Assembly (NCBI GenBank): GCA_018712065.1
Contig: DVHL01000010.1
Coordinates: 3,028 to 67,027, forward strand
DNA length: 64,000 nucleotides
Source: Candidatus Fimimonas gallinarum
Lineage (GTDB): Bacteria; Bacillota; Clostridia; Christensenellales; CAG-314
Direction of reading: 5' to 3'
Below the pieces are notes generated by a model, which saw only the letters and a list, made by a program, of their open reading frames with translations, was not told where the DNA came from and made no database searches. Of the stretch, positions 38,753 to 49,148 are shown piece after piece. Made by a program: the position numbers and the translations under genes. How positions within the stretch are numbered: position 1 is the first letter of the stretch; each line of letters starts with the position of its first letter.

Positions 38753-39925
38753 ATGGATTTCAGCAAAATCAGGCTCAACAATGAGCGCAACTCTCACGTT
38801 GTCAAAAGACTCAACCGTCTCAGCACCACGAAGTTTTTCGGCGTGCTGTACCGTGAAAACATGTTTCGCCTTTTCGGTTTCAGTCTGCTGATGATAATTT
38901 GCATGGCTCCCATTTTCGGCATGCAATTTTTTGCCACCATGCAGTTGACGGAATTGAAACAGACCTTGCCCACATTGAACGGTTTCGGATTTTCCACCGG
39001 CGTGTGGATGGGCGTTGATGGATACTACGCACAGCAAGTGGCGTCCAAAAACGTCTACTACGGTTTGCTCACAGTGGCGTCTTCCCTTTTGGTGTCGGTG
39101 GTGTTCAGCGGCGGCTTTGCCGTAATTCGTGACTCTTTCTGGACGGGTAAACTTTCCAAAGTGGGCGTTTTCAGAAGTATCGGCAAGGGAATTGCCGCAA
39201 ACTTTTTGTACGCTGTGGCTTCGGTGGTAATAATTGCCTTCGGCGTGTTTGGAATTTTTATGTTCTATCCTTGGGCGGCAACGGTAATGCCCGTTTGGCT
39301 GGCAATCGTTCTCACCGTCGTGTTGAGTTTGGTTTTGTTTTTGATTACATGCTACCTCATGATTTTGTGTTCGGTGGCGGTAACCTACAAACAAACTTTG
39401 TACGAAAACCTCGATGACAGTTGGCGTCTGCTGTGGCTCAACTTCCTGCCCAACATTCTCCACCTGATAATGGCTTTGTTGCCCATTCCCCTTTACTTCG
39501 TATTCTCCGGCGGTTCGCTGCAAATTTTGTACATTACGGTTTTGCTTTTTGTTGGCGGAATGTACTTCCCCCTTGTTTGGCACACCCACATGATGAGAAC
39601 GTTTGCATTGTTCCATCCCGTGGCAAGTAAAAAGAAAAAGGAAGTGCGCAAGGAATTGGAAGCAATGGAACAGGCTCAGGCTCAGGCAAAGGAACAGAAA
39701 AAACAGCGTGCTTTGGAAAAGAAACAGTCCAACAAAAAAGCAAAAGTCGTTGTTAAACCTGCTCAACCCACAGTCAAACCCTCCGTTAAGCCCTCTGTCG
39801 TAACAGAAATTGTAACGGAAGAAACATTAGTGGAAGACCCATTAGCGGAAGAAACCCTAGTGGAGGTAACGGAAGAAACTTCCGTAACTTCCGAAGCGGA
39901 ACCTCAAAGCGACAACAACAAATAA
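38753..39925 (+). CDS. Hypothetical membrane protein with acidic low-complexity C-tail
   Basis: About 6 TM segments; tail with EET(L/S)V repeats. Confidence 0.75.
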   Translation: MDFSKIRLNNERNSHVVKRLNRLSTTKFFGVLYRENMFRLFGFSLLMIICMAPIFGMQFFATMQLTELKQTLPTLNGFGFSTGVWMGVDGYYAQQVASKNVYYGLLTVASSLLVSVVFSGGFAVIRDSFWTGKLSKVGVFRSIGKGIAANFLYAVASVVIIAFGVFGIFMFYPWAATVMPVWLAIVLTVVLSLVLFLITCYLMILCSVAVTYKQTLYENLDDSWRLLWLNFLPNILHLIMALLPIPLYFVFSGGSLQILYITVLLFVGGMYFPLVWHTHMMRTFALFHPVASKKKKEVRKELEAMEQAQAQAKEQKKQRALEKKQSNKKAKVVVKPAQPTVKPSVKPSVVTEIVTEETLVEDPLAEETLVEVTEETSVTSEAEPQSDNNK

Positions 39926-39928
39926 CAA

Positions 39929-40648
39929 ATGAAAAACTACTCGATACTTGCAAAGTACTACGACAGATTTTCTCACAACGATTGCGACTACGAAAGTTGG
40001 TCGCAATATTTGTTGAATGAGGCAAAAAAACGCCACGTCAAAACGGTGGCGGATATTGCATGCGGCACAGGCAAAATGTCGGTGTTGTTGTGGCGTTCGG
40101 GGCTTGCCGTAACGGGTGTGGATTGCAGTGAAGAAATGCTTTGTCAGGCAGCCGACAAATGCCGTGGCGTGTTTGTTTTGCAGGATATGCGCCGTTTGCA
40201 ACTGACGCAGCCGGTGGACATGGCGGTGTGTGTAAACGACGGTGTCAACTACCTCAAACCCAACGAGGTGCAGCCTTTTTTTTGCCGAGTTGCGGAAAAC
40301 ATCAAGCAAGGTGCACCTTTCGTGTTTGACGTGTCTTCGCCCTACAAGTTGCAAAATGCGTTGGGAAACAATGTCTTTTTTGTCGATGACGACGACGCAA
40401 CTTTGCTTTGGACAAATGCTTTCCGTTCGGGGAAAGCAACTCTTTCGCTTACATTGTTTGAAAGGCAAAGTAACGGCAGTTACCTGCGTTTTGACGAAAA
40501 ACACATTCAGTATGCGCACAGCGTGGAATTTTTGATGCAGTGTCTGAAAGAAGCGGGATTTGCCGTTGCGGAAATAACATCCGACTACGGCGAAAAACTT
40601 TCTGCCGAGAGTTTGCGTATTACGTTTTTGACGAGAAAAGAGGTGTAA
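39929..40648 (+). CDS. Class I SAM-dependent methyltransferase
   Basis: DIACGTG motif I, GVDCSEEML, QDMR, NDGVNY. Confidence 0.9.
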   Translation: MKNYSILAKYYDRFSHNDCDYESWSQYLLNEAKKRHVKTVADIACGTGKMSVLLWRSGLAVTGVDCSEEMLCQAADKCRGVFVLQDMRRLQLTQPVDMAVCVNDGVNYLKPNEVQPFFCRVAENIKQGAPFVFDVSSPYKLQNALGNNVFFVDDDDATLLWTNAFRSGKATLSLTLFERQSNGSYLRFDEKHIQYAHSVEFLMQCLKEAGFAVAEITSDYGEKLSAESLRITFLTRKEV

Positions 40649-40650
40649 CA

Positions 40651-41517
40651 ATGGCTAGTGTGCTTGTAAAGGCTTTGGTGGAAAATTCTCTTATCATTTC
40701 CGCCGTGGAAAGCCGTGATTTGGTGAACAAAGTAATAAAAATTCACAATCTGTCGCCTATGGGGGCGGCAGCGTTGGGAAGAGCGTTGACCATGGCAAGT
40801 CTTATGGGTGCGGAACTTAAAAATGCCGACGACTACCTCACGGCAATTATCAAAGGCAACGGTCCGTTGGGTACAATCACCGTGTGCGCCGACGGCAAAG
40901 GACACGTCAAAGGCACTGTTCAAAACCCCGTAGTGGAAACGGTAGTGCGTGAGGACGGACATCTGGACGTTGGTGCCGCCGTGGGAAAGCAGGGACAACT
41001 TACCGTAATAAAGGACATAGGTCTGAAACAGCCGTACGTAGGCACGTCTCAACTTGTAAACGGCGAAATTGCCGCCGACTTTGCCTACTATTTTGCCACA
41101 AGCGAACAGCAACCCTGCGGAGTAACGCTGGGTGTGGGATTGCAAAACGGAAAGTGCAAATCGGCAGGGGGCGTCTTTGTGCAGGTGTTGCCCAACTGTG
41201 ACGGCAAGTTGCTGGAACAGGTGGAAAGGGTAATGTACGCCATGGACGAAATGAGTTACCAGTTTGAAAACAACACCGCAAGACAGGTAATTGAAAAGTT
41301 TTTCGGCAGTTTTTCCCCCGTGTTCACGTTGGAACGCCCCGTTACCTACAAGTGTAATTGCAGTAAAAGAAAAATTGACGGAATTGTGCGCGGTCTGGGC
41401 AAAGAGGAAGCGCAATCGATAATTGACGATGTCGGTAAAATTGAGGTTTGTTGCCATTTTTGTGGCAAAAAGTACGTCTACACCCAATCCGACGCCGACA
41501 AACTGTTTGAAAAATGA
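40651..41517 (+). CDS. hslO: Hsp33 redox-regulated chaperone
   Basis: ALGRALT, GNGPLG, YFATSEQQP, CNCS...CHFC Zn motif. Confidence 0.93.
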   Translation: MASVLVKALVENSLIISAVESRDLVNKVIKIHNLSPMGAAALGRALTMASLMGAELKNADDYLTAIIKGNGPLGTITVCADGKGHVKGTVQNPVVETVVREDGHLDVGAAVGKQGQLTVIKDIGLKQPYVGTSQLVNGEIAADFAYYFATSEQQPCGVTLGVGLQNGKCKSAGGVFVQVLPNCDGKLLEQVERVMYAMDEMSYQFENNTARQVIEKFFGSFSPVFTLERPVTYKCNCSKRKIDGIVRGLGKEEAQSIIDDVGKIEVCCHFCGKKYVYTQSDADKLFEK

Positions 41518-43259
41518 AAATAGAGTTGACAGATAAAACCAAAATGCACACGGCGCTGTCCCTTGCCGACAAGGGGCAGTTTTATGACGCTTTGTGCATT
41601 TTTTCACAAGTGGACAGTTACGAAAGCATGATAAACCGCATCATGTGTCTGTGCCAGACGGAGGACAGCGCCTATGCCGTTGACGTGTACCGCCTTGCAA
41701 AACAAAAGTACGGTCTTACGCACGCCCTCTACACCGATTGCATGAAGTTGGCGGAAAATTTTTCCGCTTTGAAAAGCGTAGTGCAGTTTTGTGAACCGGA
41801 CAGAACGGTAACTTTGAAGTACGAAGGTACAATTCACGCCGACAAATCGCTGCTTGTCAACTTCTACGACGAGTTTGACGACAACTATCCGTCGCCCGAC
41901 CTCAACTATGCAGGCGACACGGCAATGTTTGACGATCCGCAGTACGCATCCAACAATTTTTACGACGTAAAGTCGGTAAAGTATTTGGAAAGTTTGCGTG
42001 TCAACATGGAAAGATGCTACATGGAGGGCGACGACGAAGGCGCCGAGAAATATGCCCGTCGTCTGTTGGATGCCGACACCGACCACATTCCCACCTTGGA
42101 AGCGCAAATATCTTTGGCTTTGTACAGGGAAGACTACAAAAAAGGCGTTCGGTTTGCCAAGCGGCTGGCAAACACCGACGGCGGTTCCTATGCCTCGATA
42201 GGCGGTGCGATAGAAATACTTTTCAAAGTAAACGACAAGCGTCTGCGTTCCACTCTGAAAAAACTGATGACCAAGGCGCTGGCTGTAAAAGAGGAAGCGA
42301 CGCTGTACGATTTGGAAGATTTTGTGCATATTGCCACCGTACACCTCAACGATGTGGAAATGGCGGTGCAATTTGCACAGCAACTGTACGCCAATTTCAA
42401 AAACACCAGTTTGGAAGCGTTGAAACTGTGTTCTATGGCGTTTTACAACGTCGGAAATTTGGCAATGGCGCAGGAGGCGGCATTCAATCTGTTGCGAGCC
42501 GTGCCTGAAGATTGTTACGCCAAGGTGCTGTGCGACTACTTGAAACAAAACAGACCCGAAGAGGAACTGACGCATTTCGATTCTTCCGCAAGGGTTTTCC
42601 GCCACTTTTTCGTGCCTTACAAGTTGTTGTATTTTGCAGGAACGCAGTGCTACAAGTATCTGCAAATGCCTGCCGACTCACAAACGTCGGAAAAACTCAT
42701 GTTTTACATCGAGCCGATAATTTACAACAGCAAAGCAATGTTTCTGGCAGGAAAAAGTGAGGAATACTACGAAAATCTTCCTTTTGTGGCGCAGGTGCTG
42801 GGTGCATTTCCCTTTCTGGACAGTCACTATCTGGCTTTTGCTTCCCGACAGTTGTTTTCAACATTGTGCGACCAGGGCGTGGCACAGGTGCTTGTGGAAA
42901 ACTTGGTGCGACTGCATTACGACGGAAAATTGTTTGTTTGCGTAACAAACGCCTACAATCTGGTGGATTTTTCCGTTCTGGGTGAATTTGCCGAAAACGA
43001 GGCGTTTATTCGGGCGTTTGCAACATGCGTAACAATTGCACGCAGGGTGGAAACGCAGGCACTGGTGGACGCCTACAACACGGTGAAACAATTTTTGTCG
43101 GAAAAGCCGAAGGAAAACGTAAGCAATATGCTTGCCTACGCCATGCTGAAGGTGTGCGACATCAGTTTTGACGACAACTACCTTGACGAATACTTTTTGC
43201 ACGGTGATGAAAAACTGTACGCAAAATACATTGCCGAAAGCGAAAAACAAACACGCTGA
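41514..43259 (+). CDS. Hypothetical alpha-helical (TPR-like) protein
   Basis: 581-aa ORF coupled to hslO, helical repeat character; no family recognised. Confidence 0.7.
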   Translation: MKIELTDKTKMHTALSLADKGQFYDALCIFSQVDSYESMINRIMCLCQTEDSAYAVDVYRLAKQKYGLTHALYTDCMKLAENFSALKSVVQFCEPDRTVTLKYEGTIHADKSLLVNFYDEFDDNYPSPDLNYAGDTAMFDDPQYASNNFYDVKSVKYLESLRVNMERCYMEGDDEGAEKYARRLLDADTDHIPTLEAQISLALYREDYKKGVRFAKRLANTDGGSYASIGGAIEILFKVNDKRLRSTLKKLMTKALAVKEEATLYDLEDFVHIATVHLNDVEMAVQFAQQLYANFKNTSLEALKLCSMAFYNVGNLAMAQEAAFNLLRAVPEDCYAKVLCDYLKQNRPEEELTHFDSSARVFRHFFVPYKLLYFAGTQCYKYLQMPADSQTSEKLMFYIEPIIYNSKAMFLAGKSEEYYENLPFVAQVLGAFPFLDSHYLAFASRQLFSTLCDQGVAQVLVENLVRLHYDGKLFVCVTNAYNLVDFSVLGEFAENEAFIRAFATCVTIARRVETQALVDAYNTVKQFLSEKPKENVSNMLAYAMLKVCDISFDDNYLDEYFLHGDEKLYAKYIAESEKQTR

Positions 43260-43400
43260 CTTGGCCTTTCTACATGAAAAAAGGAACTTTGCAAATCGGT
43301 AAAGTGCCTTTTTTTCGTGTTTAGAAACAACGGATTCAGCACATTTTGCCTCAGGCGTCATGATATATTGGTGAAATTGTAATAAATTTTCACAACCGTA

Positions 43401-44414
43401 CTAACGTTTTGTGTACAAACCGTGTTTGGTATTACAATTTTTGCACATGGATTTTTTGTGTGAGAGATGTCCGCATTTTTTGCCGAGTTTCACAGTTGCA
43501 GTCAAAAGCAACACCAATCCGACGGCGGAAACAAACACATATCCGTACTTCAATGCAAAGTCAAACCCGAAAAGCGAAAACGCCAACGCAGGGCAAAACA
43601 ACGTGAAAAGCGTCAATGTCTTGTCGGGAATTACCGTTTCCAAGAAATCCGTCAACGGCAGGGCATTTGCCACAACGCCGATAACGGTAGTAAGTACTAT
43701 TGCGGCACATCCCAAAATGTTCACGGCAACGTTGTCCGTCTTTGCAAAAAGAGGCAGACTCAGCGAAAAGTCGGAAATGTACAGCACGGCAAGCATGGAT
43801 ATCGTCAGCAGTGCGGTGGCTACCAAAGTTGCTTGGGTGTTACGTTTGCTTTGTGACAACGGTACAATCACGCCAAGCGACATCGTTGTGGAAAACAGCG
43901 CATATTGTATCGGCATGAAAAGAGGCGTTTCTGCCCTTTGAAACGTGTTGCTTGTGGTGAAAGCCAATGCAACAAGGTAGGCTACTGCAAGCAACAGCGA
44001 CAGCGCATTGAGTACTTTCAATGCAGTCAATCCCTTTTTCAGAAGTAGTGCGGAAATGACCGCCACAGCCACGGAAAACAGCGGCAACGGTGTGGGGAAA
44101 AAAGAGGCTGCGCAGTCCTGCACACCTGCAAGCATGGTTACCACGCACACAAAACTGCAAGTCAGAAACAGCGTGAGAAACACACCCGCCGTTTTGGGAA
44201 AGCAGGCGTGCAAAAGGTCGGCAACGTTTTTACAGTTTTTTTGGTAGCAAAAGCGTCTTAGAATGGTGTTTGCCACAAAAAAACACAGAGCAAAAATGCC
44301 TATGCCGGCAAAATTTCCCCAAAACAATTGCGCTTCCTTGCCACTTAGAAAACCTACGCCTATGCAACAGCCTGCAACCGTTGCGCCGTCGGACAAAACA
44401 TCTTTCATCTTCAT
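43401..44414 (-). CDS. YkvI-like membrane protein
   Basis: N-terminal G..IGVGFLSGKE..LF motif; ~10 TM segments. Confidence 0.7.
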   Translation of the reverse strand: MKMKDVLSDGATVAGCCIGVGFLSGKEAQLFWGNFAGIGIFALCFFVANTILRRFCYQKNCKNVADLLHACFPKTAGVFLTLFLTCSFVCVVTMLAGVQDCAASFFPTPLPLFSVAVAVISALLLKKGLTALKVLNALSLLLAVAYLVALAFTTSNTFQRAETPLFMPIQYALFSTTMSLGVIVPLSQSKRNTQATLVATALLTISMLAVLYISDFSLSLPLFAKTDNVAVNILGCAAIVLTTVIGVVANALPLTDFLETVIPDKTLTLFTLFCPALAFSLFGFDFALKYGYVFVSAVGLVLLLTATVKLGKKCGHLSHKKSMCKNCNTKHGLYTKR

Positions 44415-44744
44415 GCTTTACAAATATTTTTCTGTTCGTAAATTTATTCCTGTAACTGCAAAGTCGGAAATATCTGAAACTTTCAGTAAAGCGTTGTCAA
44501 CGTCGTTAGTAAGGCGAGCGGAAACTTGGCAGGTAAAAATGCTTTCAAACCTTGTCCGAGCGGAATTTTTTCGTTGTTTTACCGTACTGCAACATGCTTT
44601 TGGCAACAAAAACAAGCACACGGTACAAAGTTTTGCGTACCGTGTGCCATTGTGGCTCTGTGTGCGTCGTAGCAGAATTGCCTTGTGCCACTTTCAACTT
44701 TTTCAATTTGTTTACCTTTCTGCTTACAAAGTTTCAAAATATGT

Positions 44745-45100
44745 TTGACTTACTATTTGTCCTTGACAGGCTGTCTGAATACATCTTCTGAATACCGCCT
44801 TTTTCGTTTGCCTTGTCAAAAACGGCATGCCGTTGTTGTGTTGCAACCTGCAAGTTTTGTACTAAGTTGTTTTGAACATTGTTTGTGTCTTTTACTTTGC
44901 AAGAATTTATACGGCTTAGTATTCTTCCTTGACAGGCTGTGTAAATACATTTTTCGTATACCGCCTGTTTCGTTTTACTTGTCAAAACACGGCACGCCGT
45001 TGTTTGCAACCTGCAAGTTTTGTACAAAGTTGTTTTGAACTTTGTTTGCGTCTTTTACTTTGGCTGAATTTTTACGCCTAAATCATTGTACTTGACAGCC
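44745..45100. repeat. About 2 diverged ~165-bp tandem units
   Basis: ccttgacaggctgt at 44761 and 44927, partial at 45091; gcaacctgcaagttttgtac in both. Confidence 0.85.
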
Positions 45101-45329
45101 GTGTTACAGGCATTTTGGCGTTTTGTGCAATTTCAATTGACCTTTTCAAAAAGGTCAACAACTTTAAGTATTTTTCCATATTTTCTTTGAACAACGCTTT
45201 GCTGTGTAAAATGTCAAAGTCTTGTTTAATTTCACGGTTTTGACGTTTCACCTTGCAAAATAAACGTCGGTTTGTAAAAGTTTCCTTTTCAAAGTTTGTG
45301 TTTTGCAAACACTCGTTTACACACTGCTG

Positions 45330-46133
45330 TCAACGGTAGTTTTTGACTACTATTTTTTCCAGCAAAGCCACAAGCGCATACATCACGCCCGCCAAGGCAC
45401 ACAGCACAATGGTGCATGTCATCACCAAATCCAGGCGGAAAACCTGCGACCCGTACACGAGCAAATATCCAAGGCCTTCTTTGGACACAAGGTATTCGCC
45501 CATGATTGAGCCTATCCACGCCATACCGACGTTTATTTTGAGCGTCGCCATAAGCGTCGGAACATTTGCAGGGGCAACAAGTTTGGTAAAAATCTGCCAT
45601 CTGTTGGCACGCATGGAGCGCAACAGCAAAATTTTTCCGCTGTCCGTTTCCAAAAAGCCGTTTAGCATGGTGATGGTGGTGATAACTACGGAAATCAGCA
45701 CAGCCATGGTGATTATTGCCGTTTTTCCCGTGCCTGCCCAAATTATTATTACAGGTCCCAGCGCAATTTTGGGCAAACTGTTAAGTACAACGACGTAAGG
45801 CTCGAAAACTTCCTTCAAAAAGTTGTTCCACCACAAAACGACGGCAACAACGTACCCCAAAATTGTGCCAATGGCAAATCCTGCCAACGTTTCCACCGTG
45901 GAAACCCACGCATGACGGAATATAGTTCCGTCGGCGACAAGTTCTTTAAGCGTTGCCCAAATGCGTGACGGACTGCTGGTGATGAAACTGTCTATCCAGC
46001 CCAGTTGCGCCGCAAGTTCCCACACGGCAAGCATAATAAACAGCACAACTACCTGCGTTACGTGCACGGTGATTTTGTGTATCTTTTGTTTTCTCAAAAA
46101 TTGCAGATGTTCCGCAGTAAATTGCCTATTCAT
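45330..46133 (-). CDS. ABC transporter permease (NitT/TauT type)
   Basis: SLPKIALGP, EAA-like loop, GEYL.SKEGLGYL. Confidence 0.9.
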   Translation of the reverse strand: MNRQFTAEHLQFLRKQKIHKITVHVTQVVVLFIMLAVWELAAQLGWIDSFITSSPSRIWATLKELVADGTIFRHAWVSTVETLAGFAIGTILGYVVAVVLWWNNFLKEVFEPYVVVLNSLPKIALGPVIIIWAGTGKTAIITMAVLISVVITTITMLNGFLETDSGKILLLRSMRANRWQIFTKLVAPANVPTLMATLKINVGMAWIGSIMGEYLVSKEGLGYLLVYGSQVFRLDLVMTCTIVLCALAGVMYALVALLEKIVVKNYR

Positions 46134-46872
46134 TGGCGTTCTCCGTCAGGTATTTGTGAAGTTTTTCAAACTGTTTGGCAAAATCGGGGCTTTCCCTGCG
46201 TTTTAAGGGCGTCGCTATGTGTTGAAGATTGGTGTTGTGCACCGTCAGCACAGTTGCGGGACGTTTTGTAAGCACGACGATTGTGTCTGCCATGGAAATG
46301 GCTTCGGAAATATCGTGCGTAACAAGCACCGCCGTTTTGTTTTCCTTTTTGATGATGGAATACACGTCGTCGCACACTTCCAGACGTGTCTGAAAGTCCA
46401 ATGCGGAAAACGGTTCGTCCAAAAGCAACAGTCCGGGGCTTGTTGCAAGCGTGCGTATCAGCGCTGCCCTTTGGCGCATACCGCCGGAAAGTTCCGTCGG
46501 GTAGTGATTGCGAAATTCCCACAAACCGTATTTTTTAAGCAACTGTTCCACAACGGGTTTTCTTTGGGCAACGTTGCCCTTAATCTCGGGGCCGAGAAGC
46601 ACGTTTTTCCAAATGGTGCGCCACTCGAAAAGTTGATCACGCTGCAACATGTACCCTACGGAATTTTCCTGCGAAAACACAACTTTTCCGCTTGTCGGTT
46701 GAATCAAACCGCACACCAGCGACAAAATTGTGGTTTTTCCGCAACCGGAAGGTCCGATAATCGCCACAAACTGTCCTTCCTCTACGGAAAAAGATACGTC
46801 GTGCAGCGCCGTTGTCTGTTGCGTCTTGGTGTAAAACACCTTGCTTACTTTGTCAAATTGCAAAATTTTCAT
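46126..46872 (-). CDS. ABC transporter ATP-binding protein (NitT/TauT type)
   Basis: GPSGCGKT, LSGGMRQR, LLLDEPFSALD, VTHD. Confidence 0.95.
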   Translation of the reverse strand: MKILQFDKVSKVFYTKTQQTTALHDVSFSVEEGQFVAIIGPSGCGKTTILSLVCGLIQPTSGKVVFSQENSVGYMLQRDQLFEWRTIWKNVLLGPEIKGNVAQRKPVVEQLLKKYGLWEFRNHYPTELSGGMRQRAALIRTLATSPGLLLLDEPFSALDFQTRLEVCDDVYSIIKKENKTAVLVTHDISEAISMADTIVVLTKRPATVLTVHNTNLQHIATPLKRRESPDFAKQFEKLHKYLTENANE

Positions 46873-46905
46873 TTGCTCCTCCTCGCTGGTAAGCCTTCTC
46901 GGGCT

Positions 46906-47901
46906 TTACTTGACGGGGGAAATTTTGTTGGCACAGGTATTGTCCACAATTTTTTCGTAATCCACCCTTTGCGACAGTTCTCCCGCATTTTCCATGATGT
47001 CCTGAATACGGCTGAAAGCCTCTCTGTCGGTAACGGGGGTTACCGTCCACACGTCAAAGTCCTGGTAGTTTTGAATGGCAGTTGTCAGCAACTCCAACGT
47101 CGTGCCTTCAAAGTAGGGGGCAACAAGTCTTGCGCAATCTTCCGCCGAGTGGGACAGGGCATATTCCGTACCACGCCAAACGGCACGCAAAAATTTTTCC
47201 ACCTTTTCCGAGTTGTCTTTCAGAAATTCCGCCGTTGCGGTGTAGCAGGTGTAGGGGATTTCTCCGCTGTCCATTCCGATAGCCGAAACAATGTATCCCT
47301 TGCCTTCCTGCACAAGTTGACTTGCCGCCGGTTCAAACAACGGCACGAAATCGCCCGTACCGCCGGTAAAAGCAGGTCCCAATGCGCCAAACTGAATGGA
47401 GTAGTCCATTGTGATGTTGACGCCGTCGGTGTAGCCTTTGTTGTTTAGTACGTATTGCAAAATCATTGCCGGCATACCGCCCTTTCTGCCCATAAGCACG
47501 GTGCTTCCCTCTATGTTTGAGTAGTCGAAGTTTTCCGTGTCCGTGCGAGCCACCAAAAAACTGCCGTCACGTTTGGTCAGTTGTCCGATAACTTTCGGGT
47601 AGTCCTTTTTCCCTTGCAAATACACGTAGATGTTGGCTTCGCAACCCATAAGTCCGATGTCCGCTTCCCCCGTGAGCAATGCCGTCATCACGTTGTCTGC
47701 GCCGTTGCCGTTGGTAACTTCCACTTCAAGTCCTTCTTCTTCAAAATATCCCAACGCCATTGCCAGGTATTGGGGCATGTAAAACAAACTGTGCGTAACT
47801 TCGTTTACACGCACGACGTTGTCCTTTTTGTCGCATGCCGTTGCAACAACTGCAACGCACACAAGCAGTGCTACAAGTAAGATTGCTATGGTTTTTTTCA
47901 A
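46906..47901 (-). CDS. ABC substrate-binding lipoprotein (NMT1/SsuA-like)
   Basis: Lipobox VATAC, EVTHSLFY.PQYLA...GYFEEEGL; TTG start after gggagg. Confidence 0.88.
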   Translation of the reverse strand: MKKTIAILLVALLVCVAVVATACDKKDNVVRVNEVTHSLFYMPQYLAMALGYFEEEGLEVEVTNGNGADNVMTALLTGEADIGLMGCEANIYVYLQGKKDYPKVIGQLTKRDGSFLVARTDTENFDYSNIEGSTVLMGRKGGMPAMILQYVLNNKGYTDGVNITMDYSIQFGALGPAFTGGTGDFVPLFEPAASQLVQEGKGYIVSAIGMDSGEIPYTCYTATAEFLKDNSEKVEKFLRAVWRGTEYALSHSAEDCARLVAPYFEGTTLELLTTAIQNYQDFDVWTVTPVTDREAFSRIQDIMENAGELSQRVDYEKIVDNTCANKISPVK

Positions 47902-48335
47902 GTTGTACCTCCCGTTTGCATATTGCATACTACTGTTTTTACAAAAAAAATGTGCCGATGTGAGGCGGTAAAAAAGGAATTTTACCCTAAACTTTTTTAC
48001 ACGTGCCGTTTCAGTACTGCAAATGCGGTGTAAAATCGGGTTGTTTCCGCCAAAAATACTACAAACGACGCAAAACTTCTTGTGCCGTTTTGGTTATCGG
48101 TGTTGTTTTGCAGACAATTTTGCAACCCAATTGCCCACAGGGCGGAGGGGGGATTGAAAAGTGTTGTCGGCAACCTTTTTGTTTGTCTTGGAAGTTTTTC
48201 AAGGTCTTTGAGTTTTGCAACGAAGTTCAATGTAAAAGCAATTTGCATTGCAAGTGCCGTTGTCGTTTGCCGAAAACCGTCATTAAATGCGTTGTGTCTG
48301 TTGAAATTTCATAAAAATAGTGGTACAATTTTCCC

Positions 48336-48614
48336 ATGAATTACAGTTACATGTTGAACGGACGTACGGCAGACGGTACGCTTCTGAAAAATCACGGCTT
48401 CGTGCAAGAGGGAAACTGCTTTTCGTTGAGAGTGGAATTGCAAAACGGTTTGTACACGGTAATTAAAATTTACAACAACAAACTTGACGTTGATGTTTTC
48501 GACGAAATTTTTCACAAAAAGTACACGGCATTTTCTTCCGGCCACAGTGGCAGTGCCATTCGCACTCAGGTGAGGGAAATAGTGGAAAAAATTCTGAACG
48601 ATTGCTGTGTGTGA
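48336..48614 (+). CDS. Hypothetical protein resembling the N-terminal domain of Firmicutes MmcQ/YjbR-fusion proteins
   Basis: 92-aa ORF (GFVQEG..F...VFD....Y..F......IR..V..I...I...C) after ttgaaa/tacaat promoter-like elements; similarity from recall only. Confidence 0.45.
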   Translation: MNYSYMLNGRTADGTLLKNHGFVQEGNCFSLRVELQNGLYTVIKIYNNKLDVDVFDEIFHKKYTAFSSGHSGSAIRTQVREIVEKILNDCCV

Positions 48615-48774
48615 CGTTGGCAAAGGGGCAAATTGCATTTGCAACATTGGCAATGAGGGCTTTTGAAAAAAGTCGTCAATTTTTCCAAGCCTTTCGTTGT
48701 TGCCCTGCAAAAGGCACAAAAACAAGCGCAAAACACTTGCCAAAATCGCCTGCAATGTGGTACACTTGCAATCA

Positions 48775-49020
48775 GAAAGACTGCGGACAAAAGGTTTTTC
48801 GTTAGCGTCGGTTTCAGAGAGCGGACTGCGGTGAAAATTCCGTACCGATGTGCGAAAAATGTAGTTTGTTCTGTCGACGGGGAGAAACGGCGCAATTTGC
48901 GAAAGTATCTTCGTACGGGTGGCTCCGTTAGAGGCATCGAGGACGGTTTTCCGTTGAAAAAAGGTGGTACAGCGACGTAGTTCGCCCTTTATTGGGCGTA
49001 CTGCGTTTTTTTTGTTTTCA
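48775..49020 (+). promoter_or_regulatory. T-box riboswitch (Val specifier) upstream of valS
   Basis: Stem I with AGAGA and GGTGAAA motifs, specifier GTA at 48861, T-box aaaaaaggtggtacagcg ~48957-48975, antiterminator partner tcgccctt, terminator with T-run. Confidence 0.9.
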
Positions 49021-49148
49021 AAATGCCTTTTTGTGCATGTAACGGCGCACAGGAAAAGCCTTTCGGCACAACGAACGTCCGAAACGTGCATGCACGTTAA
49101 TTTGCTGAACTGCCTGAACAAAGTCAAAAAATTTTCGGGAGAAAAGTT

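Noticed and set aside
6225-45100. CRISPR arrays among the intergenic repeats
   Set aside because: Units are 90-190 bp and similar along their whole length, with only 2-3 copies, no unique spacers and no cas genes.
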